From Trichomonas gallinae (taxonomy: Eukaryota), in NCBI GenBank assembly GCA_008369845.1, contig MRSU01011329.1, positions 1 to 36,256 on the forward strand: DNA of 36,256 nucleotides. Reading direction: 5' to 3'. The stretch's first letter is position 1. Each line of letters starts with the position of its first letter. Below, one piece after another: positions 22,951-33,279 of the stretch. The translations under genes were made by a program, and so were the position numbers. The notes below the pieces were generated by a model. The model ran no database searches. It saw only the letters and a list, made by a program, of their open reading frames with translations, and was not told the DNA's origin.

Positions 22951-24309
22951 TCATTTCGTTCCATTTTGTTTGTTTTCGTGAGGAGTTGAAGTTTCTTGGT
23001 CCTTCTTTTGTCTTGGTGATGGAGCTGATGAAGATGACGACGAAGATGAAGACGATGTTGAACTTCTTTCCTCATTATTCTTCTTTTGTTGTTTTTCAGC
23101 GTTATTTTGCTTTTCTTGGTTCTGGTTGTTCTTTTCTTCGTTATTTTCTTCCTGTGTTGCGTCTTTATTCTTCTGCTGAACTGGCGGATTAAGCGGTGGA
23201 AGAGTAGTAGCATATTGGAATGAGACGGCTGGCTGTGAATACTTCTTCTTTTTGATTTCTCGTGTTCCACACTCCTTCTGAGGTGAGTTCTTGCGTGGAG
23301 GTTCCAAAGATTTGCATGTTACAACATATTCGCGATTTAATAATTGAGACTGTTCCTTAATTTGATGAGTAAGGATGACATCTTTAGCTGCTAGTCTCTC
23401 CTTCATAAGCTTTTCCCTCTCTTGATCATGTTTTTTCTGTAATTTTTCTAATTGCTTCTTGTAATCGGTTTCCATCGTATTTTGCGCCTGCTGCTGCTCT
23501 TGCGCAGATCGTCTTTCAGCTTCGTTATGGATTCGTTCAGCTTCTTCGAATTGTTTCTGTTTTGCCAAAAATTTCTCCATTCTCCACAGTCCTAAGAGCT
23601 GACCTGATGGTTTTCTGTATTTTCTCATTGTGTCTTCGCCCCAGTTGTTGTTGTAATCATCAATTTCTTGTTGTTGCTTTGTTTCTAATAATTTGAGTTT
23701 TTCGTCTGTTTCTTGATCGAATTTATCCAGCTCATCTTGCCATTTTTGCTTTGTAGCTTCGAATTTTTCTTGATGTGCCTTCATTTCTGCTTCGGATTTT
23801 TGATATGAATTTTGTATTTGATGAAGTTTTTCGATAACACGTTGTGTTAAAGTGTTTGCACGCTGTCCCTCCTCGTATTTCTCCTGAGAAGCAACGTAAG
23901 TTGTATAAGTTTTCATGTGTTCAAGGAATAATTTCAAAAATACTGGTTCTTCGTCTTCAAATGTCGGATTATCCTGTCCAATGTATTTATTTCTAGCTGC
24001 AACACATTGTTCATCTTCCAAAATAGATGGAAGCTCTTGCTTTTGTTGATTTTGGTTTTGAATTTTGTTAGGAGCGCGAGTTGATGTTTTTGCTGTTGAT
24101 GCGTGCGATCTCGGAGTTCCTTCCGTTGACATCTGAGATCTGGTGCCACTTGTTGGCGTAGATGCGTAAATACTGAATGAACTTCCGTTTAGAGACGAGC
24201 GATATCTTTGCTCAGAAGGGTGAAAAAATCGGTACCTCTTCGCAGTCAATTTGTTCATGGGAAGAAGCTCAGCAGGCATCGAGTGCCTCACATTTCTCGA
24301 GCGCGACAT
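22951..24309 (-). CDS. Coiled-coil hypothetical protein with a low-complexity Q/N/S tail
   Basis: 452-aa ORF, E/K/Q-rich heptads, poly-Ser near the C-terminus. Confidence 0.85.
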   Translation of the reverse strand: MSRSRNVRHSMPAELLPMNKLTAKRYRFFHPSEQRYRSSLNGSSFSIYASTPTSGTRSQMSTEGTPRSHASTAKTSTRAPNKIQNQNQQKQELPSILEDEQCVAARNKYIGQDNPTFEDEEPVFLKLFLEHMKTYTTYVASQEKYEEGQRANTLTQRVIEKLHQIQNSYQKSEAEMKAHQEKFEATKQKWQDELDKFDQETDEKLKLLETKQQQEIDDYNNNWGEDTMRKYRKPSGQLLGLWRMEKFLAKQKQFEEAERIHNEAERRSAQEQQQAQNTMETDYKKQLEKLQKKHDQEREKLMKERLAAKDVILTHQIKEQSQLLNREYVVTCKSLEPPRKNSPQKECGTREIKKKKYSQPAVSFQYATTLPPLNPPVQQKNKDATQEENNEEKNNQNQEKQNNAEKQQKKNNEERSSTSSSSSSSSSSAPSPRQKKDQETSTPHENKQNGTK

Positions 24310-24960
24310 TCAAAAATTATTCGTTATTTTCGTTTCTCTACAATTTATACGATATTGACATGTTTTTATTGTAAATATATATTTAATGTCATTATATATA
24401 TTGTTTTATCAAATAAATGATCTTTTATTTTGATTATTTATTTTTAAAATTTTTTTTATCGGTATAGTCATATTATTTTGTCATTAATAGATAGCTTTAA
24501 CATAATAATAGATATATTTTCTCTTATTTTAGCGATATAAGGAAAATATTGATTTTTGAAAAATTATTAATCAAAGAATGGGTCACAAACTTGATGAAAT
24601 TCATCAAAATAGGATTTATTTTGATCTAGTTTGAATTCTTGAAAATCAATAATATTTTTTCAAATTTTGCTCCAACTTTTTAAATATAGTTAATATTCAT
24701 TCAGTATTTTCACTTTTCAGATGTAACAAGTTAAAATAAATGAAATTATTTTTAAAAGTGTAATTGTTGTTTTTTAAGCACTATATAGGGTTATGTTGTT
24801 GGAATAATGAATGATTTCTATCATATATTAGTTTAAATCAAAAATTAAACAAAATTATAATTATTATAAGGAAAAGAAAGGATTCTGCATCGCTTGAAGG
24901 ATGAGATCAAGCGCCATCATAAATAGGAAGTGGGTGCACAAATATTAAAAGATTTAATAT

Positions 24961-25635
24961 TTAATGGAGAGCTGTGGCTCCAAACCATAGCTGACCATTT
25001 GCTCCATGCTGCAGAGGCGGGCACGGAGATACAAATTGAGGAGAGTTCTTGATTTCCGAATTTTCATTTCTGTTTGTAATTGTCTGAAGGGCGACGCGCT
25101 TTTTAGGCGGAAGCATCCTAGACATAAACATATTTTTGAGCAATGGCAGTATAATAAAGTCACCAGTTTTCGGTTGACGTTTGATTAAATTAAGAACTTC
25201 GAAAACAGCAGAAATATCGTAGAGTCTTCTTAGTTGGCCCTTCTTGTCTTCGAATACTGTATCGCATATTGCCGATATCGAAACTTTGTTGTGATCAATA
25301 TCTTTGACGAAGAGTAGGAGTTTTGCTGACAAGTCCCTGACCCTTGACTTGTCCGATGCTTCATCTTTCGAGTTGAAATTGAAGTTTGGTTGTAATTGGC
25401 CAGTCCAAATATATTTTCCTCGCCCATTTCGTCCTACGAGCCCCAAAGGGGACATAATGTTTAGTACGTCGTATAAGCGTCGCTTTGGCACATTCAATTT
25501 TACCGAAACTTCATTAATATCGAATATTGTAGAAATTTGGGAGTTGAAGAATCCGACCACCTTTTCAGCTACATTCTTCAGCGACAATGTCGTCTTCGCC
25601 GGAGGAGTCTGTGGATAACTTGCCTGATATAGCAT
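24961..25635 (-). CDS. E2F/DP-family transcription factor with two winged-helix DNA-binding domains (atypical E2F7/8-DEL-like)
   Basis: KRRLYDVLNIM...GKYIWTG and a second LRRLYDISAVFEVLNLI motif. Confidence 0.85.
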   Translation of the reverse strand: MLYQASYPQTPPAKTTLSLKNVAEKVVGFFNSQISTIFDINEVSVKLNVPKRRLYDVLNIMSPLGLVGRNGRGKYIWTGQLQPNFNFNSKDEASDKSRVRDLSAKLLLFVKDIDHNKVSISAICDTVFEDKKGQLRRLYDISAVFEVLNLIKRQPKTGDFIILPLLKNMFMSRMLPPKKRVALQTITNRNENSEIKNSPQFVSPCPPLQHGANGQLWFGATALH

Positions 25636-26420
25636 TTTTTACTCACAGAAAGTTTGCGGTCGAAGTTTTTACTAAAAAAAAACTGAGAATTCTTACAAAC
25701 AGCTTTTGATTTATAATTAGCAAACCGCTCTGTTCATCTCATTTTATCATCTAAAAGCATAGCCTTTGGTTGCTAAACATATATTTAAGTTTTGATTAAA
25801 TTTCAACGAAAAAAAATGAGAACGAGCGGCTCATTTCAGTTATGTTTTCCAATATCATGGCTATAACTATTTCGAGTTTTGATCGAAGCTGTGTCATGTT
25901 TTGATTTTATTTCAGTTTTCTTTTTTTATGGTTTCTCCCCCAAAGAAAGAATAAAAAAACTGACGAGTTTATGCATTGTCATATATTAGACACACTGCGT
26001 TTATGGTGATTATGATGTTCATGTGTTATAATTCGAATAATTTTTGATGAAATCTAATGATTTTTATTATATCGCTTATTTTACATGATGGGTCGTTTTA
26101 TTTGCTTTATATTTCGATTGTAATAACAATGCTCAGGTGTTTTTGTTATGTTTTCGTTGAAATATAAGAATGTCATCATTCAATAAACGAAATTTTTCAT
26201 TATATAAGCAATGTTCATTGTGTAATATTCTATAAATCTCCAAGGTATTTATACTATCAATATATTTTAGTCGCAAACAGTTTAGATTTAAAATATTTTG
26301 GATTGTTTCTAAAAACTCATAATACTCACATAACTATTAAATATTCGTTATATGTTGACGTATATTAGATTACTAGTATGCTAATAATTGGTTATTTTTC
26401 AAAATAATTAAAAAACAAAT

Positions 26421-28514
26421 TTATTTTTGCGAATACATAACAATTAATCGCTGCTGAGGGGTACCTAGTGATTCAAAGTACGGAGAAAATCGTGCAGGGG
26501 CAACTCTATAAAAAATACTCAAAATCATTATAATACATCTTCTAGTAGAAGTACAAGAAGATTTCAGTATCGGAATAATATAGCTACATATGATTTCCAT
26601 TAACTCTATAACCTTTTCTTCGTCATGCGTTTGAAAATATTTGAGAATTGAATTCATTATGTGAGTCAGGTTCGGTGAATCTAAATCTTTCTTCTCTATG
26701 TATTGGGCAACAATATCTAGTATGAATTTTAGTGTTTCTTCGTTGCCAATAAATTGAACAAGTAATTCGATGTATTTTTGCTGATTTACCAAAGATTCAC
26801 TTCCTATAAGTATAAATAAAGAGTTAACTAACATTGCAAATGACATAACATCAAGTTTTGGTACAATATTGACTAAAAATCGAGTAAAATTATCTATAAT
26901 TACAGTTTTGCCTTGAGCTATGGTATCATCCCAAAGAATGGCAAACTGCTCTTCGAAATTTGTAAGCTCTGTTGGAGTCATATTGTAAATTTGATTTAAT
27001 ATCGAATTTAATTGTGATTCCCATGTATTTTCTGTAATATATTTCATGATATTATCGATGAGAGAAGTATTTGTGTTAATTTCGTAGCTTAATAAAACTT
27101 GTATCGATTTTTCGTATTTTTCTGGAATTATATCGCTAATGGATTTAAGGTATTGTATTATCGAATCATTTGGAACAAAACCGTGAAATTGTTGGACGCA
27201 GTTGTGAAAGAAAACTACAGAATCGTTTCTGAAGCCTGTTGGTGCATTTATATATAATTGGGCGATTTCTACAATTGTGTATACATCATTTACGATCTCT
27301 AAAAGATTCATATCGAAAGAAAAAACGCTAATTAATTCGAGAATTTTGTATTTGAATTCATTTGAGTATTTTGGAATCAGATATTCCAAGCAATAGCTCC
27401 ACATTGAGTATTGGCTGACGTATCTTGATCCAATTATGATAGATTCAGGAATTAATTCTTCCAATCCTTCGAGTTTGCTGATTTGATCGTTTTGTATGAT
27501 TTCTTCGAGCATATTTAAAAACTGTGTAGTGACTTTAACCGATGTTGGCGGCATTAATTCGTCGATTGAAATTTCTTCTTCGTCTTTTATTGCTGTTGAC
27601 TCTTGATTTTCTCTATATTCGTTTTCAGAAAGATCTTCGAATCGATTTTCGTCGTTTTTAACGAATGAAACTCTTCTTCGCATTTTCGCTTCATATGGTG
27701 AACTTGATGAAGATTTGTATTTTACAGGTATTGGTATTCTAGAAGGTGATGCTGATGGCGCTCTATTTGGCGTCTTTAGAATTCCTTTCTTCGGTTTTGC
27801 TTCAGGTTTATACAAACTTCTTGAAAAAGGAGATCTAGGCGTAGATATTTGATTTTCTTGTACTGGCTTGATTTTTCCTGCAGCTTTACGAACATCTGGG
27901 CTTGGATCAGTGTATAATTGGCTAAACACATGATCTATGTTTTGTTGCAAGCCCTGGACGATCTTTGTGGGCCAATTTTTCGTAATATACTCTAAAGCTT
28001 GCGCAACAACCAATCTAGAGGCAGGAGATTTATTCGATGAAGCTGTTAAAAAGGATCTAGCGACTCTTCGGTGGGTCACGTACATGTATATCGATTTTAG
28101 TGCTGATGCACATGATTTTGAGATAAATTGGGTGCCATTTGGAATTTGTTTAAATAAACTTTGTATTAAAATGTCCGAAGAGTTGGCGAATCCTGATTTT
28201 AATTCGACTGCACATGCAGTGATTAGTAAAGTTGCCCACCTTACTAATGTAGTTCTCGAATCTAAAACGCAATTTGCTATTCCTGTTGATAATATTGTAA
28301 AATCACAACCAGGAAACTTATTTATATTTCCTTTAAGATACATCATTGCGCTTTTAAGACCTTGACAACGAACTTCCCAATCATTTTTGTTATTCAGCAT
28401 ATCTTCGATGTCATCCATCACAGCAAGCGCGTCAGTTGAGGAGCTGACTTTCATTGCCGTCACCATGCCAAGCGGATCTTTCGATTCGTTCGGACTTTGG
28501 CGCGCAGAATCCAT
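26421..28514 (-). CDS. CLASP N-terminal/TOG (HEAT repeat) domain protein
   Basis: DWEVRCQGL, VLDSRTTLVR, DPSPDVRKAA, a basic Ser/Pro linker with SRIP (SxIP) motif, and a C-terminal helical domain ending QQRLIVMY. Confidence 0.8.
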   Translation of the reverse strand: MDSARQSPNESKDPLGMVTAMKVSSSTDALAVMDDIEDMLNNKNDWEVRCQGLKSAMMYLKGNINKFPGCDFTILSTGIANCVLDSRTTLVRWATLLITACAVELKSGFANSSDILIQSLFKQIPNGTQFISKSCASALKSIYMYVTHRRVARSFLTASSNKSPASRLVVAQALEYITKNWPTKIVQGLQQNIDHVFSQLYTDPSPDVRKAAGKIKPVQENQISTPRSPFSRSLYKPEAKPKKGILKTPNRAPSASPSRIPIPVKYKSSSSSPYEAKMRRRVSFVKNDENRFEDLSENEYRENQESTAIKDEEEISIDELMPPTSVKVTTQFLNMLEEIIQNDQISKLEGLEELIPESIIIGSRYVSQYSMWSYCLEYLIPKYSNEFKYKILELISVFSFDMNLLEIVNDVYTIVEIAQLYINAPTGFRNDSVVFFHNCVQQFHGFVPNDSIIQYLKSISDIIPEKYEKSIQVLLSYEINTNTSLIDNIMKYITENTWESQLNSILNQIYNMTPTELTNFEEQFAILWDDTIAQGKTVIIDNFTRFLVNIVPKLDVMSFAMLVNSLFILIGSESLVNQQKYIELLVQFIGNEETLKFILDIVAQYIEKKDLDSPNLTHIMNSILKYFQTHDEEKVIELMEIICSYIIPILKSSCTSTRRCIIMILSIFYRVAPARFSPYFESLGTPQQRLIVMYSQK

Positions 28515-28971
28515 CTGAATTTGACGTTATTTTTTTTCTATATATTGCAAAAAGAATTAACATATTTCTCAGTTAGCTATTTATTCATATTTTCACATTA
28601 CAAAATTAAGGAAATCAAAAATCCAAAAAGATATTTTTGTAATTGAACAATTTATAACATGCTATTTGATTTACCTCTAACCCAATATTATAATTACCTA
28701 ATTAATTAGGCTGAATTCAAATTAAATTATCAAATCAAAAATATTGTTTTTTTTTAAACATTGATCTAGTTATATCTTCAAGCATAAAATCATATGTATG
28801 TTTCTTTTATTCCAATCTAAATTTCATTTCTAAAAATAATAAATCTTGTTTTGAGAAGTTAGATATAGTCTAATGTGAATGATTTATGGTGGATTTAATA
28901 CACATAAGGGCAGATCTTTAAAATTTTACAAACAATTTAAATTTGTGGAAAAAACGACTAGCATAATATCA

Positions 28972-29313
28972 TTATTGATACTTTTGAATGCATTCTCTTA
29001 TTGTTTGTGGATTTCCTCCATATTTTTCATCTAATATCTTATATCCTTCTTTTGAGTTGTCTGTTTTCAGGAAATAGACGCATGGCAGTGATGTTGGATC
29101 AAAATGATATCCACATTCTTCGTTCTTGTCGACATCAATTTTTATAAATGTGACATTTTTGAATTCCTCAGCGATTTTAGGCAAAATTTGGCCAAGTCTT
29201 TGACACGATCCGCACCATTCAGCAAAAACATCAACAACAACCAGGCCGCCAGCTTGCTTAATTTTCTCTTTTAATTCTTTGACATTGCCTCCAAAGTTGA
29301 AAACTTCGCTCAT
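28972..29313 (-). CDS. Thioredoxin (WCGSC active site)
   Basis: LVVVDVFAEWCGSC, FIKIDVD, SLP cis-Pro loop; 113 aa. Confidence 0.92.
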   Translation of the reverse strand: MSEVFNFGGNVKELKEKIKQAGGLVVVDVFAEWCGSCQRLGQILPKIAEEFKNVTFIKIDVDKNEECGYHFDPTSLPCVYFLKTDNSKEGYKILDEKYGGNPQTIRECIQKYQ

Positions 29314-29344
29314 TATTCTACTGATGAAAAATGATTATTTTACA

Positions 29345-29352
29345 AAACCGCT
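29345..29352 (-). promoter_or_regulatory. Motif 3 (Myb-recognition-like) element upstream of thioredoxin
   Basis: AGCGGTTT on the minus strand, followed by a TCATT Inr and then the ATG. Confidence 0.4.
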
Positions 29353-29767
29353 GTCATAACCTTATCATATTCAATTAAAAATATAAAATTTGATTCAAGC
29401 AATTTTAGTGATGTAAAATAAATGTATGTTATATCAGGAATTTATATTTTGATTAACAATGATTAATAATATAGTAAGAGTTAATTTGAATTTATTTTTA
29501 GATCAAATATCGAAAATAATCATGAATTCCATGATGATATAAAAGAAGAGAAGCTATAGATTCATGCTCTAATATAGATATCGCCAGAAAATAATATGGC
29601 AACAACTTGATTTCCACGTTTTATCATGGAAATTGAAAAAAAGAGTTATAAAATACAATAAAATTTTACCGGCCTTTTCGTATTAACTCTTTAGCGGACA
29701 GGCTTTCTTAGGTGTAAAAACAGCGTATAAAGTATTCCATGGTTAAAAACGTTTAAACAGATATGAA

Positions 29768-30313
29768 TTAATTATAATATATGGCTTGTGCCTTGACTTC
29801 TCTTGGTTTGAGCCTAACACCCTCGGCAACTTTGCCCATGCAGATTCCCATGACAACGTCGCCTGGCTTAGCGCCAATCTCTTCGGTCAGATCAGCGTGC
29901 CTGAATATACCGACACACATGGTACCGTAGCCAAATTTTGTTGCCGTGAGCATGATTGATTCTGTCATGATACCACCATCGATATCTAGGAACATTGGCT
30001 GCGCGCGATCGTTTTTCACAAGCAAAAACATAACCGGCGCATCACATGTAATTACATTTTTGCATCCCTCATCCCGCCTACTGAGAAAGGCCTTTTTGGC
30101 TGATGGCTTCACAGTCCTTAGTGTTGCTTCGCATATGCGATCGATTTTTTCGCGATTTGTAATTGCAATTACATCGAGACATTGACGGTTGCAAGCAGAC
30201 GGAGATTTTAACGCAGCGTTCACTATCGCTTCTAGATCTCTTTTGGGACAAGTCCAGTTTTGATCGTATAAACGATATGTTCGTCGCTTCTCGATGGCTT
30301 CTATTACATCCAT
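29768..30313 (-). CDS. Nitroreductase family protein (FMN-dependent)
   Basis: IEKRRTYRLY, AALKSPSACNRQ, APVMFL, DGGIMTESIMLTATKFGYGTMC motifs. Confidence 0.92.
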   Translation of the reverse strand: MDVIEAIEKRRTYRLYDQNWTCPKRDLEAIVNAALKSPSACNRQCLDVIAITNREKIDRICEATLRTVKPSAKKAFLSRRDEGCKNVITCDAPVMFLLVKNDRAQPMFLDIDGGIMTESIMLTATKFGYGTMCVGIFRHADLTEEIGAKPGDVVMGICMGKVAEGVRLKPREVKAQAIYYN

Positions 30314-31575
30314 ATTTTTTTTGTGAATTTTTTCTGAACATTTATCGATATGTAAAGTTCACAAAAGATGATATATTTTATTTTTAATTTTATATCCATT
30401 GTGATACCCATTTAATGCGAATTAATATGCTTGATTATAGAATTTCTAAATGTCATTTCAATTGTTCTCAAATTTATAAAGGATATTTTTAAATAATTTC
30501 AAAATTATATATATTATAGTTATTAGTCTCAAATTCAGAAAGGAAAATAATTTGTAAGGGAGTGAAAAAATAAAAAAAAGGGAAAATATTTTTCCCAAAT
30601 TTGGAAAATAATATATTATATAGTGGCCTTAGTGTAGTATATTTGAATAATCCTCTGAAAAGTATTTTCAAAGGTAGCAGTTATTTGATCCCAAACATCG
30701 AATTTCATATTAATATAGAAGAGTTACGCACATTCAATTTTTATATTGAATGAATATTTCTAACAGTTTCAAATTTGCACAAATACGATTAATATCGATT
30801 TCTGTATATCAAACTGATCTTTGGCATGATTAATTTTCAATTTGATCAAAATATCCTCTTTGAAAAAGCAATTATATTTGGCCATTTGCTCTATTTTGTA
30901 TCAATGAATATGTTATTCCCACGGTTCCATCTTTAATGGCAATAATAACCTTATTTTATTCAACAAAAATTTACTGATTATTCACATCTTCACCTACTAC
31001 TGTGAATGACTAGGAAAACAAAAGTAATTAAATACTGCCATTTTGACTGTAAATGAATTTTTCTTTCAAAATTTTGAAAAAGTTTATATTCATCGAACTT
31101 TTGACTAATACAAGCAACAAGAAAGTTTCATGGGTTGTCATGCAGCTAATATCAAGTAAAGTTAATCCATTTATGTTCAAATTATGATTAATAATTGAGC
31201 TAAATATTGTATAAGCTCAATTTTCTAGAGCGATATATCATAGGCAATGTTGCAATTTAATATTTATATCATATGCATGAAAAATGAAATCTCAAATTGT
31301 ATTTCAACATATTTTTAATTAGTAAGGCTTTATCACCTCATATTTATGTATATAATTTCATGATTTCATATAGATTATGAAACATTTCAATAAATGCAAC
31401 TTTCCAACTTGTCTCCTTAGTAAACTATTTTTGTAGACAGCGTATTTTCAATATCTTGAGAGTCTTAACAGGTAATCGTATTGATGTGTTTATATTGTTT
31501 ATTAACTAATATAGGAATTCAAAGCAAAAGTTACAGAGTCAAATATCTATATTTTGGGCTGATATCCATTTAGTT

Positions 31576-32296
31576 TTAATTTATGCGATATTTAAAAGGT
31601 GCAAAATGCCTCTCTGTCGATGATTCATCTTTTTTTTTAAATATTAATTTTCTTCTCATGTCTTTAATATTGTAAACATTATGGTTCACATATTGAGGGG
31701 CGTGGGGGTTGAAAAAAAAAATCGGACCTCCGGCCTGGCGCCACACTATCAACAATGTCCATTATTATTATTTTTTATTTTTCCTTTTTCTAGTAGAATA
31801 TGTATAAAAATAAGAAAAAGTAGAGAATGAGAGAAGAAAACCATTATTATTTTTTTTTCGCAACAGCGATCCCCCCACTGGGTGAACCATATAAACATTT
31901 TCTGGCTTTCTAGTATAGATAGAATACTGACATTGATTTTTGTAATAAAGATTCAAAGAGAACTCAGAAAAGATGGCATCCATACCTATGCCTTCGCTGT
32001 TGCCCTCAACTATACAGTAATTTATTTCATAACCAATATAGCAATCTTGAGTTTTATTTTTTTCCAATTATACGAGTTCCTGTGTTTTTCTTTATCATGC
32101 AATCCCTCAAAGCTATTTCCATGTAATGATGATCATCATCAATTGAAAGTTCAAAGTAGATTACAGCTGCAAATTGGGCATCATCGTCTATATCCGTATT
32201 ATTGTAAAAAATGCAGTTATTTATCGAAAAAGTTTGGTTTCCAAAAAATGTTGATCCCCAAACAGCATGTGAGTTTCCAAAAAAAATATATTGCAA
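31576..32296 (-). pseudogene. 5'-truncated, frameshifted and MITE-interrupted paralog of the gene at 32325-33279
   Basis: FFGNS...NCIFYNNT...AAVIYFE...LYYKNQC aligns with the upstream copy. Frameshift near 32060 and insertion at 31680-31891; the restored frame ends at the TAA at 31576-31578. Confidence 0.7.
31680..31891. mobile_element. 212-bp non-autonomous DNA transposon (MITE-like)
   Basis: Perfect TIR TATGGTTCAC (31680-31689) / GTGAACCATA (31882-31891), imperfect subterminal symmetry (G-run then A-run), and a flanking direct repeat TAAACAT (31673-31679, 31892-31898). Confidence 0.8.
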
Positions 32297-32324
32297 ATAT
32301 AATGCGTACGTATCTATTTAATAA

Positions 32325-33279
32325 TTATAATTTTTCATCTACTTTTCCGTTGAATTTTCCTTTTTGCTTTAAAGTATAAACTACATCACACTGACCATTA
32401 TCGTACAATTTAATAGTAAATCTTGATAAATTACCATTGATATTGTGCAAATCACTGATATTAATTCGATCATTATCAATATTACTACAATTTTCAACTA
32501 TTAATTTAATATTTAGTTTTTTAGACTTATTGATTAAATACTCTCCATTGTTATTATTGATGACACAGTTTAACAATTTTGATGTAACAGTTTGTTTGTG
32601 CGGTTGATCTTCGGCATATTCAAAGTAGATAACTGCAGCGTCCAAGGTAGTGCTATTCGTATACGTATTATTGTAAAAAATGCAATTTTGTATCAAAAAA
32701 TCTTGGTATCCAATAAATGTTGATCGCAAATCCGAATATGAGTTTCCAAAGAAAGAGAGATGAATTTCAGAATCATTATATGATTGAAAAACAAAGCATC
32801 CATCAAATATTGAGACTGAATGCGATATATGTTTGTCTTACATCAACTTTCCCGCCATGACATCGAATAGATCCCATTTTTGCAGTAACTTTCAAATATG
32901 ATGAAACATGAATATAGTTTTTATCTTCTATATTAGTCATTGAAGAAAATCCACCATAGGCATTGGTCGAGACATTGAAACAACAAACTCTGTGATGAAC
33001 ACCATTTCCTCCAAAAATACTGACAGGACTCGTATCATTTGCAGACATATCAAAGAACTTTGAGCATGATACTAAAAAAATTGCATTTCTGTTTACATAA
33101 ATTGCATTTCCTGTCCATGATCGAAATATTACTCCATCAATAAAAATATTTCCAGAGTTATTTACTTCGTTTGCTGAGGAGTATGTTTTTGATGGGCTAC
33201 TATCCGGATAGTAATGATTCCATGAATTGAATTCGCAATGAAATAGAGAAAAATGCAAATTTAGATTGTCAAATGACAT
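32325..33279 (-). pseudogene. Frameshifted Asn/Ser/Cys-rich putative surface (beta-helix-like) family gene
   Basis: ORFs 32803-33279 and 32325-32729 join by one frameshift near 32820-32840 (…SVSIFDGCFVFQSYNDSEIHLSFFGNSYSDLRSTF…). The joined product is colinear with the ORF at 35278-36120. Confidence 0.75.

Noticed and set aside
24891..24913. 7-bp hairpin CGCTTGA/TCAAGCG downstream of the E2F gene
   Set aside because: Short, and probably beyond the UAAA-directed cleavage site; it may be chance.
28496..28503. E2F-type site TTTGGCGC near the CLASP start
   Set aside because: Lies within coding codons (ARQS); a single occurrence is not evidence.
31882..32379. 165-aa plus-strand ORF
   Set aside because: Antisense to the pseudogene; no independent coding signal.
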